In this document: positions 12,155-24,579 of the stretch, one piece after another
Numbering within the stretch: the first letter of the stretch is position 1
How the letters are laid out: each line of letters opens with the position of its first letter
Assembly: GCF_018350175.1 (NCBI RefSeq)
Contig: NC_058368.1
Location: 230,766,001 to 230,830,000, forward strand
DNA length: 64,000 nucleotides
From: Felis catus
Lineage: Eukaryota
Reading direction: 5' to 3'
Made by a program: the position numbers and the translations under genes
Notes under the pieces: model-generated
The model's input: only the letters and a program-made list of their open reading frames with translations
The model's database searches: none
What the model was told of the DNA's origin: nothing

Positions 12155-12975
12155 GACTGAAAACAAGGCCCTCACTATGAGAACCCTCAGCTTTTCAGGT
12201 GGGAGAAATAAAGTTGTCTTTCACATCCAGTCTTCCAGCTCAAACTCCTTCTTGCCCTGAAAGAGCAAACTGCTTCTTTTCTTCTTTCCAGTTCTCCTGT
12301 AGATTTTATTCTTAGGGCTGAGGGCTTTGTAGACAGACAGATACAGATCTGAAAAACTCTTTCTTACAGTCTCATGATTATAAAGTTTAATCGCCAAACC
12401 TATCAGATAAGGTTAGAAATAGCTCCCATGCAAAGTAGTTATGGAATTAAATGATACAATGCAAGAACATACCTGGAACACAGTAGATAATTAATGCAGT
12501 GTAATCTAATTGTGCTCAAATCATACCTGAGACGTTTGCTTAAATACAGACTCTCTACATCACCCGAACTCAGGAGATATAGGACCCAGGAGTCTGCATT
12601 TTAGCCACGCCACCTAAGTTTTACAATGGACCTCACCTTGAAGAGGCCTGGGTTCTTCCTTTATGCTGTGGTCATTATTTGAGTCATGCCCAGTAGCCTG
12701 AGTCTTTGTTACATGTGTAAACTATTTTCTGCTAAAAATGATCCTGGAAGGAGAATTCTAACAACTTAAAAAAGTGGAGAGAAAAAACAATGTGGCTTTG
12801 GAAAAAAAAAGAGTTCTGCCAGTCTTTATTCCTTACCGATTATAACACGTCTAAAGTAAAGGTAGATGAAAAATTCCTGAGATCAGGAAAGCGTGTGTTT
12901 TCACTGGGCAAAAATTCTCATTCTCATTAAGAAATCCATAAAGTATGCCCACACAGCTAAGAGATTGGTACTCAC

Positions 12976-13158
12976 CTAGGTAGAGCATTTTGCTGGTATA
13001 AAAGTACCACTTTTCCACGTCGCGTCAAGGAGAGAGAACATTCTGGTGAATCTGAGCCACAAAGGGTCATCCCAGGGTCTGCACACTTTTCATAGTATCA
13101 CTCAAACCTTATTCTAATAGGGGTAAGCAAATTCCTGCCTTCATCCAAACAAAAATAC
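12976..13158 (-). other. Candidate exon (183 nt), no frame open end to end
   Basis: Consensus donor TAG|gtgagt; acceptor ttcttgtcctctttatatattcaag|G; stops in all three frames. Confidence 0.3.
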
Positions 13159-14309
13159 CTTGAATATATAAAGAGGACAAGAACTGACATGTACATAGAT
13201 TCGCCACAATTATCCGTACACAGTACACAGAGGCACGGGGCAGCAAACTGGGAAGGGACAGTATGGGGACAGGAGTCAGTTGGCAATCAGAAATGTGGGG
13301 TGGAAGATGCCAACTTAAGTGACAGAGAAGTGCTAATGAAGAGCAGGAGAAAGCCTTATGTCAACAGCTTGGAGCCATCACATTCACCGGCCATTGTGGT
13401 CGAGATTAACTGTTGGAAAGTCCTTTCCCTGACCCTAGATACCCTACTTAGGCTTTCCTTACAACTGATAGCTCAGGACATCCAGGGATTCTTCTCAGGT
13501 TTAAGCCTTGGAAGAACTACCCAGTCAAGGGAAAAAGAGATACCTGTGTCTATACCCACTACCTGAGAGCCTACTATGCGGGTGTCTTGCAATCACTTAT
13601 GTAGGAAAGCGTGGTCACCTTCTCACTTCTCCTTTCTTGGAGCATCAACATACCAAAGTGTACCCAGTCATCTGTTGAGATCCTCCTGGGAGTCCCCAAA
13701 GCAAAATAAGAAATAAAAACCTTTGTTCTCAACCTTTGGAAAGTAGACCAGGCTGTTCAGCATCGCGTATCCACCTGGGTGTTTGCTATAATATTGTTTG
13801 CTTACTCTAAGAGCAACAGTGTATGACTGGGGACCTATTGAGAAGCACAAAAATGAAAAGTTCCTCTCAAGAGGGTCTGCTGAAGAATTAACTCCTATTG
13901 TTTATGTTGTAGTGGAGACCAGCTTAGCATGCTAACATGTGTTTTCTGTGCAGTTCAAGTGAGCTGAGACACCTCTAGGGTTCAGCTGGGTGGCCCACCA
14001 GGAGTCCCCATGCATGAGGGACTGGAAAGCTCCGGAAAAAAAAGAACTCAGATTCATGGAAGACAGGACCAGGGTGCAAAAGCCAGATGTATGGGTCAAT
14101 TGTAAAAAGTGTCCATGACTTTGTATGAAAATGGTCGCTGTATCTCTGAGTATCTCTTAACCCAGGTCCCTATGGATTCATGCCTGAGTCATGGTTGGAG
14201 TACTGCAGCAAAGGGCAGGTGAAATATAAATGAGCTATTTTGTCAAAATCTCCATACGACAATGCGAGCATAAGGCAGTATCTCTTAAGGATTTCCGCTC
14301 AATGAAGGA

Positions 14310-14805
14310 TGCCATAAACAAGGGAAAGAGACAGATGGCCCACTCAAAGAAGATACTTTCAGTGTATAAAACAAGAGATTAATGTCTAAAATAAACAATG
14401 TTCTTTAAATTCGAAAAAAAATAGGAGGTACTTTGCAAAAGGGGAGGTGCCGAAAGCCACTGGTACATGCAGAGATGCTCAAGTCACTGGCAATGGAGGA
14501 GAAAAGAAAGTGATGATGGAAAACCATCATCAGAAAGGAAAAAAAAAAGGAAAGGAAAAGACAGTCCCTGATGTTGGAGAGGATGGGGGAGACAGGAAGG
14601 TTTATGTGTCACCACTGGGCATGTGCAGCTCTTGGGGAACTAGGGCAGCTCCAGGGGAGTAACATGTAAGACTCTGTACAGATAAGGGGCGCCTGGGTGG
14701 CTCAGTCATTAAGCATCTGACCTTGCTCAGATCATGATCTCACAGTTCCTGAGTTCAAGTCCCACATCGGGTGATCATGAGCCCATTTGGGTGAGCCCCA
14801 CTTCT

Positions 14806-14859
<54 letters not shown>

Positions 14860-15130
14860 GCTTTCACTCACTTGTGCCCTGTCTCTAAAAAAGATAAAAA
14901 TAAAAAATACTCCGTAAAGATACATCTGCAGGTGCCCGGAGCTCAGGATCCATTCCCAATTGTCCATCCAGAGAAATTGTCATGCAAGTCCCAGGGGCTG
15001 TGTACAAGGGTGTCCACTGAGGTCATTCCCACAGCCATGGAGAAGAGGCAATCGATCTGTTTCTCACTAGGGAAGTGGCTAGAATGTGGTGGCACACACT
15101 GTGGAATACGCATGCAACAGAAAGAAGCAT
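14310..15130 (+). mobile_element. Ancient L1M fragment (interrupted by a SINE)
   Basis: Degenerate ORF2 3' motifs: catgcagagatgctcaagtcactggcaat, tgttggagaggatgggg. Confidence 0.55.
14686..14908 (+). mobile_element. CanSINE, variant subfamily
   Basis: Standard head but middle reads gggtgatcatgagcccatttgggtgagccccac; degenerate TSD actcYgtaMagata at 14671-14684 and 14909-14922. Confidence 0.9.
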
Positions 15131-15149
15131 GTTTCTTTCTTTTTCTATC

Positions 15150-15300
15150 TTCATCATATTTAACCTTCACAATGCTCTTGTGAGGTAGGTATTATTGCCC
15201 CATCTTACAGATGAGGGAACTGAGGCTCACACAGCCCAGAGGCATAAAGTCAACAGGAAAGTTCTGCAGTCCCAACACTGGGTTCTCTCCTCACCCAACC
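15150..15300 (-). mobile_element. MIR
   Basis: gtgaggtaggtattattgccccatcttacagatgagggaactgaggctc core. Confidence 0.8.
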
Positions 15301-15552
15301 ACACCCCAGCCAGGGTGGTCAGGATTCTCTTACACTGGCAAGAAGACAGCTCCCAGGGGGACATGAGCACACCCCCAACAAGCACCCAGAGAAGCTGCCA
15401 CTGAGTCGCATCTCCATGTCACTGTAGTTCTGGTTCAAGAGCATTTGGAGGACACTGCTGAATGAATGGATAGCACCAGGGACGGCTCTTGGACAGAGGG
15501 TGCTACCTGAAAACAGAAGGAAAGGGTGTGAGCTGGTAGATCAACAGCTAAA

Positions 15553-15554
<2 letters not shown>

Positions 15555-15592
<38 letters not shown>
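15555..15592. repeat. (AC)19 microsatellite
   Basis: Read directly. Confidence 0.95.
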
Positions 15593-15593
<1 letters not shown>

Positions 15594-15619
15594 ACTACAC
15601 ATTCAGTGTGGACACTGTC

Positions 15620-15981
15620 TCAATGTGGATCCCTAGATGCAGAACATGAGACAGGATTCAGATGCATGTGATGCTTTGAGGGAGGCTTTCAGGAGAAAGC
15701 AGGGAGGGAGCAGGATCCAGCAGGGGAAGGAGCTCAGTGAGGCTATGGAGTTGGGGAACGTCTAGAAAGATCCCCAGGGCCTGCTGGGGCGCAAGGCACA
15801 CCCTCCAGACAAGGGGCTGGCCTTTTGTGCCGCTTTTCAGACAGTCATTGGCTGTCTCAGCCCAGACGTTCCCCACCTGAGAGCAGTTACCACCATCCAG
15901 GGACACTGCACTCACAGTGGTAGGGGGTCAGGTACTCCACCCCGGAAGGGGTCCCTGTGAGGTGCCATTAGCATCCACTAC
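15620..15981 (-). mobile_element. ERVL LTR16-like solo LTR
   Basis: gcagaacatgagacaggattcagatgcatgtgat..; ends gcatccactaca. Confidence 0.6.
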
Positions 15982-16262
15982 AGATACAAACATTTAGAAT
16001 ACATTATTCTAATGTTTCTAATTATTCTAATGTCTAAGTCTTATTCTAAGTCCCTATGGAAGGACAGGGGGCTGGCGAAGAAAGAGCCGCTTTTCAGAGT
16101 GACGACGAGAATGTGCCGGAAATAGGAATATGATTAACTCAACCTCTGAACCTGAAGCCCCTTCTTTTTGATTTGTAAAAGAGAAGAAGGCACGCAGGGA
16201 TGGACTGCCGCTCGAAGCACCCCCTCGGTCTCTCTTCTAAAAAACCGAGAAGGATGGACATT

Positions 16263-16276
16263 CTGCCACCTGCTGG
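16263..16276 (-). promoter_or_regulatory. CTCF core motif
   Basis: Minus strand CCAGCAGGTGGCAG matches CCASYAGRKGGCRS exactly. Confidence 0.55.
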
Positions 16277-16622
16277 CAAGCGCCGTGGAGGCTGCGGAGA
16301 GGTGGTGGCTCGGGGCCCAGGTTTTCTGGGAACAAAGAATCAGCAGCGTTCAGATCCCCTCTCTGTGAGGTTCAGGATCGGCAGCCACGAAACAAACGAT
16401 CGGAGAGGTGAATGGAGCAACAAAAGCGGAGAAGATTCCAAACTTCCTTCTGTGTAATTGACACGGACAAGGGAGAGCAAGATGAAACCCTGGACTTGGC
16501 TGGGCGGGAGAGTGGGGTGGGAAGGAGCAAACCCCAAAATGCCAGGACCTGCAAATGAGGATGTGAGGGCTCTCAGACAAAAATAGATTGCTGCACCCGA
16601 GGAGGAGTCCACAGGAGAACGG

Positions 16623-16623
<1 letters not shown>

Positions 16624-16653
<30 letters not shown>

Positions 16654-16659
16654 GCGCAC
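16624..16659. repeat. (GT)10(GC)7 alternating purine-pyrimidine tract
   Basis: Read directly. Confidence 0.9.
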
Positions 16660-17076
16660 CCGCGCGCTGCGGTGGGGCTGTGGCTGTCTTGCCCTTTGTG
16701 CTGGGAGCTGCTGCTGCTGCTGGTGGCTGTCTTGCCCAGGTGACTAAGAGCACTCAACAAGGCCGCGACCGCATGCTTGTGTCACACACTCGCATGCATA
16801 CACGCACGTGCACGCTTTTGCGCGTGCGCACACAGATGCACAGGCGCGCCCAGGGATACCCAGCTCCCCTTTTCTAAGTCAAGCTAGTCCCTCTGCCCAA
16901 CAGAAGTGTTTGGGGGACCCCCTTCACCTCCTCCCGACCCTCCACCCATCGCACAGATTCTTTCCATCCTTTGCCCAGCTTCAAAGCTCTCACATGCAAG
17001 TTAATTTCCGCAAACCTCTCCCGCCCGGTACACTTGCCCTTTCGGGTCTCACCCATCAAGCCACACAGCTTGGGCC

Positions 17077-17261
17077 ACTGGGTCTCAAAGTGTGGTCCTT
17101 GAATCAGCAGCGGCAGCAGCCGCAACACCTGGGAGGTTGTTAGAAATGTCGATTCTCGGCTCGGTCCCACACTTCCTGAATCAGAATCTCTGGGGTTAAA
17201 GCCAGGAACCTGAGCGACTCTCCAGGTGCCCCCTGTGCGGGCTACAGCTTGAGAACCGCTG
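17077..17261. mobile_element. MER5A-like hAT relic
   Basis: tctcaaagtgtggtcc..cacctgggaggttgttagaaatg..ctgaatcagaatctctgggg..ttgagaaccgctg. Confidence 0.8.
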
Positions 17262-17813
17262 CCCGGGGCCATGCCTTACCCAGTGCTGGATATAGTCACA
17301 GGGAAGAAAGTCTGCGCCCTCGGGGAGTCCCTACCTGGTGTCCGGGCTCAGCTTCCCCGGAAGCCACGCCCGAAGCAGGGACTGGGCGCAGAAGAGGACT
17401 GGAGCTACACCAGAGAGGAGGGAGGAGGGCAGCAGGACCGGGCCAGGGGAGCAAACAGAGCCGCGCTCTGCAGGAGAGCCCCTCGGCCTGACCCCGCGGG
17501 TGCGGGGGTTCCGGAGCCGGAGTATGAGTAATGAGACCGGAGTCAGTCTCAGTAGAGGCGAGGGGAGCAGCACTGCACCCCACTGCGTCCCGCACCTGGG
17601 GACCGTCCTCCCTCCAGCGGTGGCGCAAAGTCTCCAGGCTGAGAGCCGCAGCTGCTGTTCCCAGAGAGCAGGGCAGCTCAGCCTTCAGCAGCCAGCACTC
17701 AGAGCAGCTGGGGGAACCAGCGCTCTAAAGGGGATTCAGTTGGAGCTCACTCTCTGGTGAGCCTTCTCTGGATCCCTGCAATGTCACAGCCTTCTGAATG
17801 TCTGACCCTGGGA

Positions 17814-18038
17814 GGGGCGCCTGGGGGGCTCAGTCGTTGAGCCGTTGAGCGTCTGACTTCAGCTCAGCTCACGATTTCACGGCTCCTCTCTTGAGTTCCA
17901 GCCCGCATCAGGCTCCGTGCTGACAGCTCAGAGCCTGGAGCCTGCTTCTGATGCTGCGTCTCCCTCTCTCTCTGCTCCTCCCCTGATCACACTCTGTTTC
18001 TCTCTCAAAAATAAATAAACATTAAAAAAAAAAAAAAA
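17814..18038 (+). mobile_element. CanSINE
   Basis: TSD tctgaccctggg at 17801-17812 and 18039-18050. Confidence 0.95.
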
Positions 18039-18119
18039 TCTGACCCTGGGCTGGGGGAGAGGGAAACAAGGCAGGAGGGAGCGTCCAGAGCAAAGCAGCA
18101 CAAATCATTGTTTCTGTGT

Positions 18120-18510
18120 ATACAATAGAAATTTACTCTCTGGCTGTCTGGAGACCGGTCTGAAACCAAGGGGTGCAGTGCCATGCTGCCTCAATGGCTC
18201 TAGGGGAGGGTCCTGCCCGCCCCTTGCTACTATCTGGTGGCCCCAGCCACACTCAGCGCTCCCTGGCTGGTGGGCACATCGCTCCAGTCTCTGCCTCCAT
18301 TGCCACGTGGTCTTCTTCTGCTCTGAATGTCTCTCCCTGTCCCGGAAGGACACCAGTCATTGAATTTAGGGGCCACTCTGAGCTGATGTCATCTCACCTT
18401 GATTCTTAACTGCTTAAGCTTGCGAGGACTCCATTTCCAAACAAGGCCACCTTCACAGGTGCCAGGGGCCAGAACTTCCACTAGCATTTGGGGACACAGG
18501 TGAATGCACG
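18120..18510 (-). mobile_element. MaLR LTR (MLT1B/C-like)
   Basis: agaaatttactctc..ctccagtctctgcctcc..aaggacaccagtcattgaatttaggg..atttccaaacaaggccacc. Confidence 0.75.
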
Positions 18511-20266
18511 ACCCACTGAGGATGACTTTGAGTGCCACCCGGGGCCACCACACGCCAAGGCGACTCTACAGGAGACTCGGTGTCGATCCTTGGGCAGGAA
18601 GCTACTACGATTCTTAGATAGAAAATACTATCTAATAATATTTAGTAGCAGGAAGCTGCTCCTATTATTAATGGAAAATATGAAGGCCAACCTCCAGAGG
18701 CTGAAAGAGCAGTGATCATCCAGAGGCCAACTGGCCTACAGAGAAAGCCTGGAAAGTTCCTCCCGCTGGCTGAGTTTCTCAGTACACTGGGTGGAGTTTG
18801 GCCTTTGCCAAGGGTGTCAAAGTGTTGGCTAAAGTGGCAGCCAGTGAATGCCCCACACCCCAGGGAGACAGACAGGACGCTGTTGTGGCTGGGAGAACAA
18901 CCACAGAGCTCACTGAGCGAAATTACACTGTGAAATAGTCCCTGAGTGCTTTTTCCTCCCAGCAGCTCTGCTTTGTGGTCTTCTTTTTTGCCCTGCAGCC
19001 CTTCCTCCACTGGATCCAGACTGTGAGGTTCCAGAGAAGAGCTGGTCCCAAGGAGACAGCCAGAACAAGTCATGGGACTCTCCCCTGGGGAGCTCTAGGG
19101 GGAACTTCAAGGAATCAAGAGCACGGGCTGGTCTTGGAAACAATAATTTTCTGTTGTAAGAGCCACACCGGTGAGAGAAGAAAGGGTTTTCCTTATTATT
19201 CAAGTAATATCAAGAGCCAGCCTGGGGTAAAGAGCTTGACCTCCAGTTCAAGGGGATGACAAAGAGCCCTTCCTGGGTAGGGGCGCAGAGCTCACAGAGG
19301 GGCAAGCAAGCCACGGAAGGGAGGGTGAGGTTCTGTGTCTGCTCTTGAGATCAAGCTACCCCCCACCCCACCCCACAATGGGTTTGCAGCCATTGTGGGC
19401 TCATCCTACCGAGCGGGCTCATCCAAGAATTGGGGGAAGCCGACTCCCCCCACACGGGTGGTTCTTGGAGCACAGAAATGGGAGCAAAGCTGGCCTACAT
19501 ATCCCCATCCCCAAGTCTCCCTCACTCCTGCAGGACGTGAAGGAGTCAAGGATCCCCGAATGTTGCAGTGGGATGTCGCTGGGAGCTGAGTTGCGAGCTG
19601 CGTGCATGGCAGGGAGGCAACTGTGCTATGAGATCAGGGACCTGTGGGCAGCCCAAGCTGGGGACTGGATGAAGGGCATGGCTGAGTTTCTAGAAACTGA
19701 GCTGAGAGCTGGGTGTAGACACGGCCGGCAGCAGTGGCTGCCTGGTCAGCTGGATCAATCACAAAAGTCTGCACCAGGTCGGAGGTCACTCCCAGACCAG
19801 ACACTTTGCCTCCTGAACATACTTGCTAGAACATAGACCAGCCCCCAGGGAAAACAGATAGGGGTGAAGGGAATAGGAATCCCGAATTAGCTAGGTATTT
19901 CCCCCCAAAAGGTACCAAGTTTTATACCAGGATTGACAGAATTGCGTGGAATCAGCAAAATTAAGTTCTCCATCATTAGCAGACATGAGGGTTTGTGAGC
20001 TAAATTAAGCTCAATTATAAAACAATAAAGAAAGTTATATTTCTGCACACCGGAGTTTTACGGCTGTGAGATTTGTACCTACCGTGTGAGAACTGTAATT
20101 GCAATTCAAGGCAATATGTGATACATGCTATATCAATTGTAGAAGCAAAGTGTTTTATGATTTCAAAGAAAGGAGAAGGCATACCTACTGGAGTTTCAGA
20201 ACCTGTTTGTAGTGCAGCCTCCCCAGTTTATAGATTGCCTGACGCCACAACTCAACTTCCAATAAC

Positions 20267-20800
20267 TGTATTAGTTATGATACTTTCTGCTGCAAGTGAC
20301 AAAAACCCTAACTCAAACCAGCTGAAGAAAAGGAACAGGAAAAGGAATTTATTTGCCCACATAACCAAAAACCCAGAGGGAGCTTCAGGTATGGTTTGAT
20401 CCAGGTTCAGACGATTTCACTGAGATGGAGCTTCTGTTTGTGGATTTCTCAGTTCTGCTTCCTTGATGTTCCGTCCTCACTCAGGACCCATGTGCTCACA
20501 AGATGGCTGCCACAATTCCAGTCCCATCATCTGTTCACCTAGGCGCCAACAAGAAAAGGAAGTGTGCTTCCCTGATGACAACAAAAGACTGGGAATTGAA
20601 TCTCCTCAGACATGATGAATGGGATTTGTGTCATGTGACCATGGGAAGCCAGCCATTCTGATCAGAAGGATGGAATGTACTGATCGCCTTACATGTGGAG
20701 CCATTATGCAAACTTGACCCCAAATACGGCATTGGAAGATGGTGAGGCAGTGGTTGCTCAGGGCAAGGAGAAGAAGCTGGGAGCCAAAACAACAAACACC
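20267..20800 (-). mobile_element. MaLR LTR (MLT1K-like)
   Basis: tgtattagttatgatactttctgctgcaagtgacaaaaaccctaactcaaacc..ggaatttatt. Confidence 0.7.
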
Positions 20801-20956
20801 CAGTATTCTGTCTCAGATTATGGCCCACAGTTTGGTCACTTTTCCTTCTAAAGCACACAGACTGTCCTGAGGCTGAGACACGTTCCATTTGTTTTTCCAT
20901 CACAGAGTATGAGCTTGATGAGGTCTTTGGATTAATTAATGTCAGATGAAACCAAT

Positions 20957-21358
20957 GTCTACCTGTCCATTTGGGCTGCTATGACAAAGTACCATAGACT
21001 GGCTGGCTTAGAAACAGCAAACATTTATTCCTCACAGCTCTGGAGTCTAGAAGTCTGAGATCACAGTGCCAGTCGGATGGTTTCTGGCGAGGTCTCCTTC
21101 TGTACTCAGTTTGTACAAGGCTCCTTCCCACTGTAACCTCCGTGGCTTTTCCCCTGTGCATGCAGGCACAGAGAAAGACGTCTGGTGCCTCCTCCTTTCC
21201 TTACAAGAATGTCAGTCCTATCAAATTAGTCCCCACCCTTATGACCTAATTTAACTTTAATTACCTCTGTAAAGGCCCTATCTCCAAAGATAGCCAACCT
21301 GGGGGTTGAGTCTTCAATATACAAATTTGGTGGGGGGGACATAATTCAATCTGTAACA
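20957..21358 (-). mobile_element. MaLR LTR (MLT1A-like)
   Basis: gggctgctatgacaaagtaccatagactgg..aaacatttattcctcacagctctggag..gggggacataattcaatctgtaaca. Confidence 0.85.
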
Positions 21359-22089
21359 TCATTCTAGTAACATATAGATTGAGGATCTTTTGGTGAAAAT
21401 CTAAACTCCAAGGAAAAGAATAATCTTATCGGCTCAGTTTGGGTCACGTTTCTAAACCTCATCCATCCAACTGTTGCCAGAAGGTTTGTAAGACCGTCAT
21501 GGGTGTGGGCAGGTCCAGCAGAAGGGAGCACCATGAACCCAGGCAAACATATTCCATATGCAGTTTATCCCGATGTATCAATGCTTCGTGCCTTTCTGGC
21601 CTTTCTTGCTGTAAAGAGTAATTCTACTTGGTTTATGTTCTCAGTGTGTCAATGAACCTTGCTACATCGGGAACTAAGAATATAATATATTGGGTTGTGT
21701 AAAGACATGTCTTTTTCCGAGCACGTCCACTAGGAGAGAATATGACTGTTCTGCTTTGAAGGGTTGCCATGTTTTACTCTGAATCATCAGCATGTTGTCC
21801 ATTGGCGCCCTTGGCTTTTTTGGCCTCCTTCTCCATGAGGAAGCTTCTCAGCACATGAGGGGATCTTCATTATGTACAACTAAATACTACTAATGGAAAG
21901 GCAATTTACATCAGCCTCAGGGACTGTGGAGGAACTGCAGACAGTCTTTCTATCTCCCCTTCCTGGTCCATGTATAGTAGTCAGAGTGTTCTTCCAATTG
22001 TCAAATTCCAAAGACACTCAACCATGAATAAACATGTAAATCCTTCAGGAGAAGTCCTCTTAGGTTAATAAGATTTGGTTTTTATCTTG

Positions 22090-22450
22090 TGTTATGGACT
22101 GAATGTTTGTGTACCTGCCCCCAAATTCGTAGTGAACCCCAATGTAATGGTATTTGGAGGTGGGACTTTGGAGGTAATTAGGTATAGATGAAGTCATGAG
22201 GATGAGGCTCCCATGATGGCACTGGTGTCCTTATAAGAATAGGCAGAGACCAGAGCCTTCTCTCTGCCATGTGGGGACACATCAAGAAGATAGCACTCTA
22301 CAAGCCAGAAGGACAGCTCTCACTAGGAACCAACCGTGCTGGCACCCTGTTCTTGGACTACCAGCCTCCAGAACCGTGAGAAATAAATATCTATTGTCTA
22401 AGCCACCCAGTCTTTGGTATTTTGTTATAGCAGCCTGAGCAAACTAAGAC
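22090..22450 (+). mobile_element. MaLR LTR (MLT1A-like)
   Basis: tgttatggactgaatgtttgtgt..cagcctccagaaccgtgagaaataaat..tttgttatagcagcctgagcaaactaagac. Confidence 0.9.
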
Positions 22451-23059
22451 GTCTTGGCCTAAAAAGTTGGGTGAAGGGTCATCCAAGGAATGAAGATAAA
22501 CAAGCAAGCCTTTTCCTTAATATGGGTATTTGCACGGTCCATTGGGGATAGAAATCTATTCATATACACTTGGGAAAGGCTTCTCAGACACAGCTTGTGT
22601 TCCAAGGTTATTTACATCCTCAAAATGTATTCAGATTTTCAACTCAGTGACGACTGCGGCAATACTAATGTAAACAGGGAACAGGTGCAGGAGGCGGTGA
22701 GCAATACCAGAGGCAAGTGACTGTGCACATCGAGGGACAAATGGAAGGGGAATAAAAGGAAACCCACAGCACAAACCGGATCCCATTACGTGTCAGTTTT
22801 TGTTTCCTCTAACCTTAACGATACAGGTGTCCCCAGGAAGTCTGGCCCTTTGCTGTGGAGCTAACCGCACACTAGCCCAGAAGAGCAGACACGGGCCCCA
22901 GAACAGCCTGTGCCGATGAGCCAACAAACCAGTGACAACACATGTGAGCTACCAACGGCTGTTGCTTCACACACCCCGGCCAAGTCTTCCAGGAGAATCT
23001 CTCTTGTGGCTCACCCTCACCGGAAACATACGGGAAAGGGAATTCTGACATGTCGCAAA

Positions 23060-23589
23060 TGACCTCACCATGGCTGTGTAACAAACCACCCTGCAACTTA
23101 CTAGTGGAAAACAACCATTTGTTATGTTCATGTATTCAGTGGATCGGGGTGCAGATGAGGCACAGTAGCTACAACTCATGTCTGCTTCACGATGCCTGAG
23201 GTCTCAAAGGCTGGGGGCTGGAGCGATCTGAAGCCCCGTCCGCTCATGTGTCTGGTGGGTGATGTCGGCTGGAGGCGGAGGGCCCAGCTCCTCTCTTCTC
23301 CTGGCTCAGCCTTCCTCGCAGAACGGCGACTGGCTTCTGGAAGCATCTGGAAGAGGGCCACGTGGAAGCCACAACCTTTTTAGGACTTAGCCTCAGAAGC
23401 CGCAGAGCATCACTTCTGCCATTTTATCCTGGTTGGAGAGGTCCGGAGCCAACCCTCCCCCAGATTCACCAGGAAGAAACTCGGAGGCCACGTCTCAGTG
23501 GGAAAGCAGAGAGTGCATTGTAATAAATAACAGGCTGCGGGGTGACCTATGTGAATACACACAGCTGTTGAAAAACACAACCCGTCACA
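23060..23589 (-). mobile_element. MaLR LTR (MLT1F/H-like)
   Basis: gctgtgtaacaaaccaccc..aaaacaaccattt..gacttagcctcagaag..catcacttctgccatt. Confidence 0.7.
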
Positions 23590-23809
23590 AGGACGTTGGC
23601 AAAGTATGACTGTGGCCATCCCACATTATAAGGAAAACCATCCCACTGACATTTTGATGAATTTGGACATCGATATTATTCTGACAATGTAGGATAAAAA
23701 CCTGAATCAGCTCTTACTGAGGGCTCACCATGCTCCAGAACATTCTAGCACAGAAACAATCCAAGACTTCCAGAGGCCATGAGGGGTCAAAAACTAAAGA
23801 TTATGCTTT

Positions 23810-24290
23810 GCAGGTTCATTAAGACACTTTAATTGTCCGTGTCAAATACCCAACTCAAAAGGGCTCTAAGTACAAAGGAGATGTCGTTGGCTCATTCCTG
23901 TAAGTAGAACGTCAAGAGATTATTTCTGATCAGGAAGAGTTTGATCCAGGGGGTAAGAATTTTCTGACTGAGCCTGTATCTCCTGTCCCAGCCTCGCTCC
24001 ATAATTTTCAGTGCGGCTTCCATCCATCCCCAAACAGAAGTCTGCACTCACCTTAGGGCTTAGAATGCCTGATGAAAAGGGAACGTCTTCTGATCAGGCT
24101 GGTGAGTTCCCTGGGAACACACACATTGGTCTAGCGTGGGTTGCATTCTCATCACTGAAATGAAGAACTCTTATTGGAGCTTCCTGGACTAGCTGGAGCT
24201 CACAGCCTCACCCACACGACGTGGGCAGAGCAGGGATTATCCTGTGGCTCAGGAACATTCCCCAGATGAGGAGAGGTGGGGAAGACCAAA
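23810..24290 (-). mobile_element. Old MaLR LTR fragment
   Basis: acccaactcaaaagggctctaag..ttggctcat..tttgatccaggg; very degenerate. Confidence 0.45.
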
Positions 24291-24579
24291 ATTATTCCAA
24301 AATAGAAAGATGTAATCGTTGCTAATATTGCACTGATCGGTAGCTAGGCACTTGTGTTCTCTAATTAAATTTTCATGCGGACAGCTACATGATTCCCTTT
24401 AAAATAAAACCACCGATCAATTTAACTCTGAAGGAACTCAAGGGAAAGGCTCCTTAAGTAAATATATGGAACACTATTTAGTTCCCCAAAGGAAATCTTA
24501 CACTACATTAGTAGTAACCTAGTCACTGAGGAAAAATCACACCCCATACCCTCATGTATTTCAGCTCAAGAAATTAGCC

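Larger units (their letters stand above)
16160..17720. promoter_or_regulatory. CpG-rich promoter/enhancer-like region
   Basis: Visible CpG retention, CTCF motif, (GT)n(GC)n tract, CACGTG, minus-strand donors at 17278-17279 and 17333-17334. Confidence 0.55.

Noticed and set aside
16672..16745. Signal-peptide-like VGLWLSCPLCWELLLLLVAVLP before a CAG|gtgact site on the plus strand
   Set aside because: No in-frame ATG after the upstream stop at 16564; the Leu run is simply the (CTG)n repeat.
19345..19836. Longest ORF in the track (163 aa) and other GC-rich ORFs
   Set aside because: Non-ATG starts, no domains or supporting splice structure; lengths expected by chance.
21770..21860. Minus-strand stretch reading LRSFLMEKEAKKAKGANGQHADDSE*
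   Set aside because: Short, no convincing acceptor, not recognised.
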